Source: an uncultured Pseudomonadota bacterium (GTDB lineage Bacteria; SAR324; NAC60-12). From it: DNA of 22,138 nt. Both the position numbers and the translations under genes were made by a program. Below, piece after piece: positions 8,672 to 16,524 of this stretch; position 1 is the first letter of the stretch; every line of letters starts with the position of its first letter. Below the pieces are notes generated by a model that searched no databases, was not told the DNA's origin, and was given only the letters and a program-made list of their open reading frames with translations. The DNA lies in contig CAJWCD010000054.1 of assembly GCA_913020725.1 (NCBI GenBank), forward strand, positions 1 to 22,138, written 5' to 3'.

Positions 8672-11600
8672 GTGAATCCACCCCCACCCACCCACCTTCC
8701 TCCTTTTCCCGCCTCCATTTCCACCACTGATCTGGAGCAACTGCGTGACTTGATCCCGCAGGCGATGCTTCGCGATCAGCACCCCCTTTGCAGTCAGTTC
8801 CGAAAACTTCACCAGCGCCTGAAGCGCGACTCGTCCGGCGAGGAGTCCTACCTCCGTCTGTTGGAACGAGCGGAGGCTTCCGTCAAAGTACGAGCCGAAC
8901 GCGAATCGTTAAGCCCCTGCATTGCGGTTCCGGAAGAGCTTCCGATTGCCCTCCACGCCGAAGAACTCCAGGAACACCTCCAGTCGCATCAGGTCTTGAT
9001 CGTTGCCGGAGAGACCGGTTCCGGCAAGACCACGCAACTTCCCAAGCTCTGTTGGGAAGCCGGTTTTGGACGCAAAGCCAAGATCGCCTGCACCCAGCCC
9101 CGACGGGTGGCGGCGACCTCGATTGCCCGACAAGTTGCCAAGGAATTGGAAACGGAGCTTGGCGACCTCGTGGGTTACCGTATCCGTTTTGCCGAAAAAA
9201 CCTCCCCCCGCACGCTCGTCCAGTTCATGACGGACGGGATGCTGCTCGCCGAAACGCAGCGCGACCGCTTCCTCAACGCCTACGACGCGATCATTGTCGA
9301 TGAGGCGCACGAGCGTTCCCTCAACGTCGATTTCTTGCTCGGTTACCTCCAGCAACTCCTGCCCAAACGCCCGGACCTGCGGGTGATTATCACCTCTGCG
9401 AGCATTGACACGCGCCGTTTTTCCGAGGCGTTCGGGAACGCGCCCGTGGTGGAAGTTTCCGGACGGGCGCATCCGGTCGAAGTGCAGTGGCAGCCGCTCG
9501 ATCCCCGAGCAGAGGAAACTGGAGAACGCACGATTGCGGATGCGGTGGTGGAGACCGTGCAGGAGATTTTGGACACGACGTGGGAGGGCGACCTGCTTGT
9601 GTTTCTGCCCGGCGAGCAGGAAATCCGGGAAACCACAGAACGACTTTCAGGCGGCGGGGGCAAGCGTGAAGTGAAAATCCTGCCGCTCTTCGGACGGCTC
9701 ACGGCGGCGGAGCAGAACCGCGTTTTCCGCGAGGACAGTCTCCGTAAAGTGGTGGTCGCCACCAACATTGCGGAAACCTCCCTGACGATTCCGGGCATCC
9801 GCTATGTTGTCGATTCCGGACTCCAGCGCGTGAGTCGTTACAGCCCGCGTCAACGCATCCAACGCCTGCCCGTCGAGATGATCGCGCAGAGCAACGCCTT
9901 GCAACGCGCCGGACGCGCCGGACGGGTCGCTCCGGGCGTGTGCATCCGGCTGTATGCGGAGGAAACTTTCGCGCAACTGCGGGAGTACGCCGAACCGGAA
10001 ATCCTGCGTTCCAACCTCGCGGGCGTGATTCTGCAAATGCTCCACCTCAAGTTGGGTGATCCCAATGCCTCTGGAGTGGAGCGTATCCGCAACTTCCCGT
10101 TTCTTGACCCTCCGGCGGTTCCGGCGGTCAAGGAGGGGTTCCGGCTGCTTCGTGAGTTGGGCGCGGTTGCTGACGATTACCGCCTCACGGCGCGTGGGCG
10201 GCAAATGGCGAAAATTCCGATTGAACCGACCAGTGCCCGGATGCTTTTGGAGGCGTACGAAGAACGGGCGCTGGTTGAGGTGCTGGTGATCGCGGCGGGT
10301 CTTTCCATTCAGGATCCCCGCGAGTTTCCGTTGGAAAAAAAAGAGCAGGCCCGGCAGCAACACCGGGTTTTCGTGAATCCGGAGTCCGATTTTCTCACCC
10401 TGCTCAACATCTGGAACGCCTACCACGACGAGTGGGATGCGCTGCGCAGCGAGAACAAACTACGCAAGTTTTGCAAAGCGCACTTTCTTTCGTTTGTGCG
10501 GATGCGCGAGTGGCGCGATATCCACCGTCAGCTTGCAGGCATCCTGCGCGATGCAAAGCTGCTGGTCATCAACGACAATCCCGCAGATTATCGGGCGATT
10601 CACTGTTCCCTGCTTTCCGGACTGCTCAACCAGATTGCACAGAAGGACGAGAAATCGAAGTATCGCACGGGCGGCGGCAAAGAGGTGTTCGTGTTTCCGG
10701 GGTCCGGACTGCATGGCAAGGCGGGACCGTGGGTGCTGGCGGGAGAACAGGTTGAAACCACGCGGCTCTACGCCCGCAAAGTCGCCAACATTGATGTGCG
10801 CTGGCTGGAAACCCTTGGCGGGGGCCTTTGTCGCAAAAGTTACTCCTTTCCGCGTTTTGACGAGGAATCCGGAATCGTGCAGGTGGATGAGAAGGTGACG
10901 CTGCACGGGCTCCCCATCGTTCCTCGGCGGCGTGTCGCCTACGGGCGCGTCAATCCTGCGGAGGCAACGCAGCTTTTCATCCGGGAGGGGTTGGTCGAGG
11001 AACGCTTGCATGCGCATCTTCCGTTTTTCCGAAACAATCACAAGCTCAAGCAGCGGCTCGTCAGCGCAGATACGAAGGTGCGCCGCAACCGGGAATTCGC
11101 TTTTGCAGCCGCAGCCGAGGCGTTTTACACGGAACGCTTGCGCAACATTGCCTCGATCCACGACCTCAACCACCTGCTCAAGCAGAAACACGCGGAGGGT
11201 GTCCAGGATTTTCTCTTCATGCAGGAAGCGGATTTGCTGGAACGGGTCGCAGAGCAACAACCGGAGGCTGATGTCTTTCCAGATTATCTGACCATCGGCA
11301 CCACGCGCCTGCAACTCCACTACGCCTTCGCACCCGGCGAGGAGCGTGACGGCGCGACCTTGCGAGTTCACGATCTGGTGGTTCCGCATTTGCGTGCGCC
11401 GTTGTTGGATTGGCTGGTTCCGGGGCAGTGGGAGGAGCGCATCCAGTCTCTCTTGCGGACATTGCCCAAAGCGCAGCGCAAGCAGTTCGTGCCGATTCCG
11501 GACACGGCCAAGCGCCTTGCCGACTTGCTTGAACCGAACGAAGATGATTTTCTCAACGCGCTCAGCCGCCTTGTTCACAAGGAGTTGGGAGTGCAGATTT

Positions 11601-12691
11601 CCCCACAGGACTGGGACTGGGAGCGCGTTCCGGCATATCTAAAACCGCGCCTTGAACTGCGCGACAACCGTAACCGCGTGGTGTCGCAGGGGCGGGAAAT
11701 CGAGCAGTTGCTGCAAGAACGGCAAACCGCGCTGAAGGAGTTTGCCAAAACACAGGCGCAGGATCGGCAACTCGTGGTGCTGCAAGAGGCCGAGGCCGAG
11801 TGGAATCTCGACCAGATCAGCGGCTGGAACTTTGGAAAACTGCCGAAACGCATTGAACTCGATGCGCTGGCAGGCATCCCGATTTATGCGTTTCCCGGAC
11901 TGCTCAAGAACGAAAACGGGGTGCATCGGCGGCTGTTCGCCACGCAGGAGGAGGCGCAGGAGCAGACGGCTCCAGCCTTGCGGGAACTGCTCGCGTTCGC
12001 GGTGGGGCCGGACCTCGCGTGGCTCGAAAAGGATTTGGCCGATCTTCGGAATCTCCGGGATGCGCTTGCGCCCTTCGGGACAGTTGCCGAGTGTAAGTCC
12101 GATGTCCGGGAGGCGGTTCATGCCTTTCTCTTCGATGGACCGTGGATCAAGTCCGAGCCGGAGTTTGAGGCACGGGCAAATGCCGCAGCAATCAAGCTCC
12201 GGAAGCTTTCGCCCCGCGTGATTGAGGTGCTGGAAGCGCTGCTGTCTGACCACGCGACCACTCGTCAAGCTTTGCACAAACTCGCGCTGTCTCGCGGAAA
12301 AGACGGGGTTGCGGAGTTGGAGCAGCACTTGCGGACGCTGATGCCTAAGCGTTTTGCCCGACACATTCCCTATGTGCGTTGGGCCGATCTGCACCGCTAT
12401 CTGCGGGCACTGCGCATCCGGGCAGAGCGGATGGCACTCGATCCTCTGAAGGATGCTGACAAGCGCAGCCAGCTTGAGCCGTGGCCGGATGTGCTGCGAC
12501 AGCTTCAGCATACTTCACTTGCCCATGCCGAGTTGCAACGGCTCGACGAGTTTCGCTGGATGCTGGAGGAACTGCGCGTTTCCGTCTTTGCTCCAGAAGT
12601 GCGCACGGCGTTTCCCAGCTCAACTAAGCGGATGGAACGTTTTGCCAAGCAACATTTCGAGCAGCATCTGCTGGCCTTGGAAACCGCATAA
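8672..12691 (+). CDS. hrpA: ATP-dependent RNA helicase HrpA (DEAH box)
   Basis: 'GETGSGKTTQLPK', 'TQPRRVAA', 'DEAHERSLNVDFLLG', 'ATNIAETSLTIPGI', 'QRAGRAGR', C-terminal 'RWMLEELRVSVFA'. 1339 aa. Start codon (GTG 8672) uncertain. Confidence 0.95.
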   Translation: MNPPPPTHLPPFPASISTTDLEQLRDLIPQAMLRDQHPLCSQFRKLHQRLKRDSSGEESYLRLLERAEASVKVRAERESLSPCIAVPEELPIALHAEELQEHLQSHQVLIVAGETGSGKTTQLPKLCWEAGFGRKAKIACTQPRRVAATSIARQVAKELETELGDLVGYRIRFAEKTSPRTLVQFMTDGMLLAETQRDRFLNAYDAIIVDEAHERSLNVDFLLGYLQQLLPKRPDLRVIITSASIDTRRFSEAFGNAPVVEVSGRAHPVEVQWQPLDPRAEETGERTIADAVVETVQEILDTTWEGDLLVFLPGEQEIRETTERLSGGGGKREVKILPLFGRLTAAEQNRVFREDSLRKVVVATNIAETSLTIPGIRYVVDSGLQRVSRYSPRQRIQRLPVEMIAQSNALQRAGRAGRVAPGVCIRLYAEETFAQLREYAEPEILRSNLAGVILQMLHLKLGDPNASGVERIRNFPFLDPPAVPAVKEGFRLLRELGAVADDYRLTARGRQMAKIPIEPTSARMLLEAYEERALVEVLVIAAGLSIQDPREFPLEKKEQARQQHRVFVNPESDFLTLLNIWNAYHDEWDALRSENKLRKFCKAHFLSFVRMREWRDIHRQLAGILRDAKLLVINDNPADYRAIHCSLLSGLLNQIAQKDEKSKYRTGGGKEVFVFPGSGLHGKAGPWVLAGEQVETTRLYARKVANIDVRWLETLGGGLCRKSYSFPRFDEESGIVQVDEKVTLHGLPIVPRRRVAYGRVNPAEATQLFIREGLVEERLHAHLPFFRNNHKLKQRLVSADTKVRRNREFAFAAAAEAFYTERLRNIASIHDLNHLLKQKHAEGVQDFLFMQEADLLERVAEQQPEADVFPDYLTIGTTRLQLHYAFAPGEERDGATLRVHDLVVPHLRAPLLDWLVPGQWEERIQSLLRTLPKAQRKQFVPIPDTAKRLADLLEPNEDDFLNALSRLVHKELGVQISPQDWDWERVPAYLKPRLELRDNRNRVVSQGREIEQLLQERQTALKEFAKTQAQDRQLVVLQEAEAEWNLDQISGWNFGKLPKRIELDALAGIPIYAFPGLLKNENGVHRRLFATQEEAQEQTAPALRELLAFAVGPDLAWLEKDLADLRNLRDALAPFGTVAECKSDVREAVHAFLFDGPWIKSEPEFEARANAAAIKLRKLSPRVIEVLEALLSDHATTRQALHKLALSRGKDGVAELEQHLRTLMPKRFARHIPYVRWADLHRYLRALRIRAERMALDPLKDADKRSQLEPWPDVLRQLQHTSLAHAELQRLDEFRWMLEELRVSVFAPEVRTAFPSSTKRMERFAKQHFEQHLLALETA

Positions 12692-12694
12692 GCA

Positions 12695-12723
12695 TTGACT
12701 TCCCGCCCATCCTCGCTTACAGT
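12695..12723 (+). promoter_or_regulatory. Putative sigma70 promoter for the glutaredoxin-rhodanese gene
   Basis: TTGACT (12695-12700), 17-bp spacer, TACAGT (12718-12723), just after the hrpA stop. AAGGAG RBS at 12819-12824 precedes ATG 12829. Confidence 0.65.
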
Positions 12724-12828
12724 GGTTAAGTGAGAAACGTTCTTGCCCGGAATCCGGACAATTTGGTGCGGTTTCAGGCAGAGCAGACCTGCACTTGCTT
12801 CCGAACCAACAGTCCTGCAAGGAGTCCC

Positions 12829-13542
12829 ATGAAATTCAATGTTGTTTCCAACGACGATGGTGAAGCTGCGGCTTCCAATGATCCCAAATCACAAATCGAG
12901 TCCCTGGTTTCCAGTGCTCCGGTGTTTCTCTTCATGAAAGGTTCGCCGGATGCCCCGCAGTGCGGGTTTTCCTCCCGCGTGATCGAGACCTTGCGGGGGT
13001 GGAATGTGCCGTTCGAGACGTTCAACGTACTCTCCGACGAGGGCATCCGCCATGACATCAAGGAGTACGCGAACTGGCCGACGATCCCGCAACTCTACGT
13101 CAACAAGGAATTCGTTGGCGGTTGCGACATCATTGAGGAGATGTCCGGAAACGGGGAGTTGGGGGAGTTGTTCAAGGAAGCCCATCCGAATTTGGAGTTC
13201 ACTCCGCCACCACCTCCGGTCGAGGTGCAGAACCTACCACCCGAGGACATTGCCGAACTGCTCAAGAAGCAACCCGACATTCCCCTGCTGGATGTCCGAG
13301 GTCCGGAAGAACGCGCCATCGCTTGTGTTGCAGGTGCCCGGATGATGGACCAGGCGCTTGCGCAGGAAATCGTCAACTCATGGGATCCCAACATCCCGCT
13401 GGTGTTCATGTGCCACAAAGGCGGGCGTAGCCTGCAAGCCGCGCAATATTTCACACAACAGGGCTTTCAGAACGTTTATAATGTGGTGGGTGGCATTGAT
13501 GCGTGGTCGCTGACGGTTGATTCCGAAATCCCACGCTACTGA
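12829..13542 (+). CDS. grxD: Monothiol glutaredoxin (Grx4/GrxD, CGFS) fused to a C-terminal rhodanese domain
   Basis: 'LFMKGSPDAPQCGFS', 'WPTIPQLYVNKEFVGGCDI', PPPPP linker, then 'LLDVRGPEE', active-site loop 'CHKGGRS', 'NVVGGIDAWS...IPRY'. Start set by the RBS. Confidence 0.92.
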   Translation: MKFNVVSNDDGEAAASNDPKSQIESLVSSAPVFLFMKGSPDAPQCGFSSRVIETLRGWNVPFETFNVLSDEGIRHDIKEYANWPTIPQLYVNKEFVGGCDIIEEMSGNGELGELFKEAHPNLEFTPPPPPVEVQNLPPEDIAELLKKQPDIPLLDVRGPEERAIACVAGARMMDQALAQEIVNSWDPNIPLVFMCHKGGRSLQAAQYFTQQGFQNVYNVVGGIDAWSLTVDSEIPRY

Positions 13543-13544
13543 CA

Positions 13545-13658
13545 CAAAAAGTCTGAAACGGAACTATGTTTCGATTAACCACAGAGACGCGGAGGACACA
13601 GAGAACTGTTTTTAAAAGATTTTTCTCGGTACTCTCGGCGACTCTGCGGTGATTTTCA
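13545..13658. repeat. Intergenic palindromic element, copy 1 (REP/MITE-like)
   Basis: Aligns in direct orientation with 14717-14824 and contains inverted arms ACCACAGAG...CTCTGCGGT around an A/T-rich loop. Confidence 0.8.
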
Positions 13659-13679
13659 CATTAAGTTTGGGTACAGAAA

Positions 13680-14078
13680 ATGACAGAAATGATGGAACTG
13701 CCCCAAGTGCAACTGACGCCGCAGGCTGCGCAGGTTTTCAAGGACGCCTGCACTGCGGAAGCAAAACCGCTGGAGGAGTCGTACCTGCGGATTGACGCGA
13801 AGCCCGGAGGTTGTTCGGGTTGGAAATACGAGTTGGGATGGAACGGCTCGGAGGACGTGGGAGTTGCCGACGTGATGCTGGAAAGCGAGGGGGTGCAGGT
13901 GGTCGTGGATCGTGAGTGCCTGACCGACATCCTTGGTCCGGTGCGGATAGACTACACGAGTAAAAACCTCGTCGAACAGGGTTTCGTGTTTGAACAACTC
14001 ACGAGCGGCCACCAGTGCGGCTGCGGTGAGTCGTTCACGCCCGTTCGGGATTTGAAGAAGGCAGAGGCGACAGCCTGA
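13680..14078 (+). CDS. A-type Fe-S carrier, HesB/IscA/ErpA family
   Basis: 'LTPQAA', 'GGCSGWKY', 'IDY', 'GFVF', 'CGCGESF': the three conserved Cys of A-type carriers. Alternative starts at 13689 and 13692. Confidence 0.92.
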   Translation: MTEMMELPQVQLTPQAAQVFKDACTAEAKPLEESYLRIDAKPGGCSGWKYELGWNGSEDVGVADVMLESEGVQVVVDRECLTDILGPVRIDYTSKNLVEQGFVFEQLTSGHQCGCGESFTPVRDLKKAEATA

Positions 14079-14701
14079 TGTCGCCGGTGCTGGACGCTCT
14101 TGCGGGAGGGGTCTGTTTTGGACTCTTCCTTTACAAATGGGTGATCATCGCGGCGGTCGTTCTCACTTGGGTGAGCGCTGATCCGTACAATCCGATTGTG
14201 CGTTTCATCGCCCGCAGCACTCGTCCGCTCTGGGTGTGGTGCGAAACTTGGATGCCGGTGGGACTTGCGCACCTGAGCGCGTATGCCTCGCTGCTGGTGG
14301 TGATCTTTGCACAGGCGCTGATTCCGGCCACACTCCGCAGTCTCGGCCAGTTGTTTTCCGGAGGGTCCGGAGCTGATTTTCTCTGGCAACTTGGGGGCCA
14401 CGGGCTGCAAAGCACGGCGGTCGTCTGCCAGAGCTTGTTCGTCTTTGCCATGCTCATCCTCTTCGTCTGGTTCTTCCTCACGCTCGTCAACCCCGCACTC
14501 AACAATCCGGTGGTCCGGGTGGTCCATGTTCTCGCCGATCCTCTGATCACACCTCTCCAGCACTACCTGCCTCGCACCCGCATTGACTTCGCGCCCATTG
14601 TTGGACTGGTGCTCTTCTTCCTCATGAACCGCTTCCTCGTCAGTCCGCTCAGCCTTTATGGATTCGAGCAATCCCTGCCTATCCGACTCTGCCTCTACTG
14701 A
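14078..14701 (+). CDS. yggT: YggT family membrane protein (two YGGT repeats)
   Basis: 'LTWVSADPYNPIVRFIARSTRPL' and 'LVNPALNNPVVRVVHVLADPLITPLQHYLPRTRIDFAPIV', with several hydrophobic helices. TGATG coupling to the upstream gene. Confidence 0.85.
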   Translation: MSPVLDALAGGVCFGLFLYKWVIIAAVVLTWVSADPYNPIVRFIARSTRPLWVWCETWMPVGLAHLSAYASLLVVIFAQALIPATLRSLGQLFSGGSGADFLWQLGGHGLQSTAVVCQSLFVFAMLILFVWFFLTLVNPALNNPVVRVVHVLADPLITPLQHYLPRTRIDFAPIVGLVLFFLMNRFLVSPLSLYGFEQSLPIRLCLY

Positions 14702-14716
14702 TTGATGATGGCCTCG

Positions 14717-14824
14717 CAAAAAGCCTGTAACGGAGCCAAGTTTCGATTCACCGCAGAGACGCGAAGGACGCAGAGGATTGTTTTTGGAAACATTTTTTCT
14801 CTGCGACTCTGCGGTGATTTTTCA
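14717..14824. repeat. Intergenic palindromic element, copy 2 (REP/MITE-like)
   Basis: Perfect 11-bp inverted repeat TCACCGCAGAG (14748-14758) / CTCTGCGGTGA (14807-14817). Homologous to 13545-13658. Confidence 0.8.
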
Positions 14825-14879
14825 GCGATTCATACTTTTTAATGACGGGTTGTCTCCATACTCCTTGAGCCGCGCCAAT

Positions 14880-14911
14880 TCCTGAATTCTGAATTCTGAC
14901 TCCTGAATTCT
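14880..14911. repeat. Short heptamer tandem repeat T(C/T)CTGA(A/C), about 4.5 copies
   Basis: TCCTGAA TTCTGAA TTCTGAC TCCTGAA TTCT, read directly. Confidence 0.8.
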
Positions 14912-14945
14912 TCCCGTTGTAACCCATCTGTCCGCATAACCTCCA

Positions 14946-15104
14946 ATGATGCTCCTTGGCATCCATATCATCGGCATCAGCGTGATCGTCGCCGTCATTT
15001 GGAACCTCGCGTTTTCTGCGGGCAAGCAGGCTGGGCTCCGGCAAGCTGAACTGGAACAGGAGGTGTTGGAGGACGCCTCCGGAGTGGAAACACCGCAAGC
15101 GTAG
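14946..15104 (+). CDS. Hypothetical 52-aa single-pass membrane protein (not in the ORF track)
   Basis: Manual translation MMLLGIHIIGISVIVAVIWNLAFSAGKQAGLRQAELEQEVLEDASGVETPQA*: hydrophobic N-terminus, acidic tail, G/C-ending codons like its neighbours. No clear SD. Confidence 0.6.
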   Translation: MMLLGIHIIGISVIVAVIWNLAFSAGKQAGLRQAELEQEVLEDASGVETPQA

Positions 15105-15164
15105 TTTTGCCAAACGTGGTTTCGGCATTGCACATGCGGGCCAGTTGTTCTAGCGTATTCCAAA

Positions 15165-15626
15165 ATGAACACTTCCAAGCCCGCCATGTCCCAGCCCCGC
15201 ACCCGACGACGACGTCTCGGTTTCAGCTTCATCGAGGTGATGGTGGTCATTATCATCATCGGCCTGCTCTCCGGAGTTGTGGGGGTGTATCTTTTCAACG
15301 CCGCTGCCGAAGCGCGAGTGGACGTGAGCAAGACGCAGATCAAGGGCATCGAGACGGCCCTCGACCTCTACCGACTGCACAACGGGCGCTACCCCTCGAC
15401 CGATCAGAGCCTCAAGGCGTTGCTGACCAAACCAGAGGTGGGAATCATCCCCAAGAACTGGAACGGCCCTTATTTGCGTGGCAACAACCTCCCCAAGGAC
15501 GGCTGGGACAATGAGTTCCGCTACACTAGCAGCGATGGCAGAGAGCATGAGATCACCTCGATGGGGGCCGATGGCATTGACGGTGGCGCCGAACTGGACG
15601 CAGACATCAGTTCCAAAGACCTCTAA
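15165..15626 (+). CDS. gspG: Type II secretion major pseudopilin GspG
   Basis: Prepilin site 'RRRRLG|FSFIEVMVV', 'ALDLYRLHNGRYPSTDQSLKAL', 'NWNGPYL', 'PKDGWDNEFRY', 'SMGADGIDGG...DADI'. Alternative start 15186. Confidence 0.95.
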   Translation: MNTSKPAMSQPRTRRRRLGFSFIEVMVVIIIIGLLSGVVGVYLFNAAAEARVDVSKTQIKGIETALDLYRLHNGRYPSTDQSLKALLTKPEVGIIPKNWNGPYLRGNNLPKDGWDNEFRYTSSDGREHEITSMGADGIDGGAELDADISSKDL

Positions 15627-16143
15627 GCCTTCCAAGCGTCCCTCCGGATTCACACTGCTGGAGGTGATCGCGGCGCTTGCCGTGATGGCGCTGCTCATCG
15701 GGGCCGTCATCCCGCAGTTTTCCACCCTCTTCACCCCCGATCACGAACTCGTCTTCCAAAGCCTCGTCCGCAGTCTCAAGGTGCTGCGTAACGATGCGGT
15801 TTTCAAAAATCGCTCCTACCGCCTTGTTCTTGACGAAAAATCCCGCATCATCGAGTTCGAGCAACCAAACAGCAAAGGCGAGTACGAACCCATCGGAGAG
15901 GATCGTGTGCTGCGACCGATCCAAATCCCGGATTCACTGGAGGTGCTAGAGGCGACCCATGCGGATTTTGATTGTGACTCCGGTTCGTTCAGCACCTCCA
16001 GCACCGACCGTTTGGAGGTCCGCATTGACGGTTCCGGTTTTGTGCAGCCCTTTGCGCTGACGCTGGGGGAGCGGGGGCAATCCCGCCGCTGGAGCATCTG
16101 CTCGCAGAATATTCTGGGCACGCTTGCCCTCAAGGAAATATGA
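15571..16143 (+). CDS. gspH: Minor pseudopilin, GspH-like
   Basis: 'SG|FTLLEVIAALAVM' N-methylation motif and position after gspG. The nearest in-frame starts (ATG 15571, TTG 15577, GTG 15583) lie inside gspG. Confidence 0.75.
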   Translation: MALTVAPNWTQTSVPKTSKPSKRPSGFTLLEVIAALAVMALLIGAVIPQFSTLFTPDHELVFQSLVRSLKVLRNDAVFKNRSYRLVLDEKSRIIEFEQPNSKGEYEPIGEDRVLRPIQIPDSLEVLEATHADFDCDSGSFSTSSTDRLEVRIDGSGFVQPFALTLGERGQSRRWSICSQNILGTLALKEI

Positions 16144-16146
16144 ACA

Positions 16147-16524
16147 ATGCGCCGTCTTGGCTTCACCGTGCTGGAGGTGCTGATCGCCCTCTCCATCCTC
16201 ACTCTCAGCCTCACCGCAATCTACCAGACCTACGGCACCGCCCTCTTCTCGCTCACAACCACGGACACCCTCTGGCGGGTGATGTCCCATATTCAGAACC
16301 GACTGCTCTTCCACGAACGCTCAAAGGCGCCACCTCCGGTTTCGGTTTCTCAAGGCGAGTTTCAGAGCGACCATGAGCTTGCGGGCTACCAATGGCTTCA
16401 GCTTGTGGAGGACGTGGAGCCGCTTCCGGGAGTCATCACTCGGCGGGTGCGTTATCGGCTGACGTGGGAGAAATCTGGGCGGGAACGCTCCTTTGAGGCG
16501 GATTTGTATGTCAAACCCGATTAA
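16147..16524 (+). CDS. gspI: Minor pseudopilin, GspI-like
   Basis: 'MRRLG|FTVLEVLIALSIL', 125 aa, third pilin-like gene in the run. Confidence 0.8.
   Translation: MRRLGFTVLEVLIALSILTLSLTAIYQTYGTALFSLTTTDTLWRVMSHIQNRLLFHERSKAPPPVSVSQGEFQSDHELAGYQWLQLVEDVEPLPGVITRRVRYRLTWEKSGRERSFEADLYVKPD

Noticed and set aside
8536..8812. Short minus-strand ORFs upstream of the radical SAM gene
   Set aside because: They overlap the hrpA start, derive from a C-rich low-complexity tract and show no protein features.
9385..9410. HrpA motif III reads SAS rather than SAT
   Set aside because: Conservative Thr-to-Ser change with all other helicase motifs intact.
9647..12511. Long antisense ORFs within hrpA (259, 372 and 290 aa)
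   Set aside because: Shadow frames expected opposite a GC-rich gene, with no recognisable motifs.
12730..12828. 33-aa upstream extension of the glutaredoxin ORF from GTG 12730
   Set aside because: A strong AAGGAG RBS favours ATG 12829 and the extension has no domain character. A leaderless start near the predicted TSS is not strictly excluded.
14704..14726. GATGATGGCCTCGCAAAAAGCC resembling an IS/MITE terminal inverted repeat
   Set aside because: No matching inverted partner was found downstream, so it is not called as a mobile element.
13545..14824. Repeats considered as a CRISPR array or composite transposon ends
   Set aside because: Only two diverged copies about 1.1 kb apart, with no spacer periodicity, cas gene or transposase in the window.
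14822..15734. Minus-strand ORFs of 175 and 194 aa and the 135-aa + ORF over gspG
   Set aside because: Alternative frames of gspG and of the heptamer repeat (QESEFRIQE is just the repeat translated).
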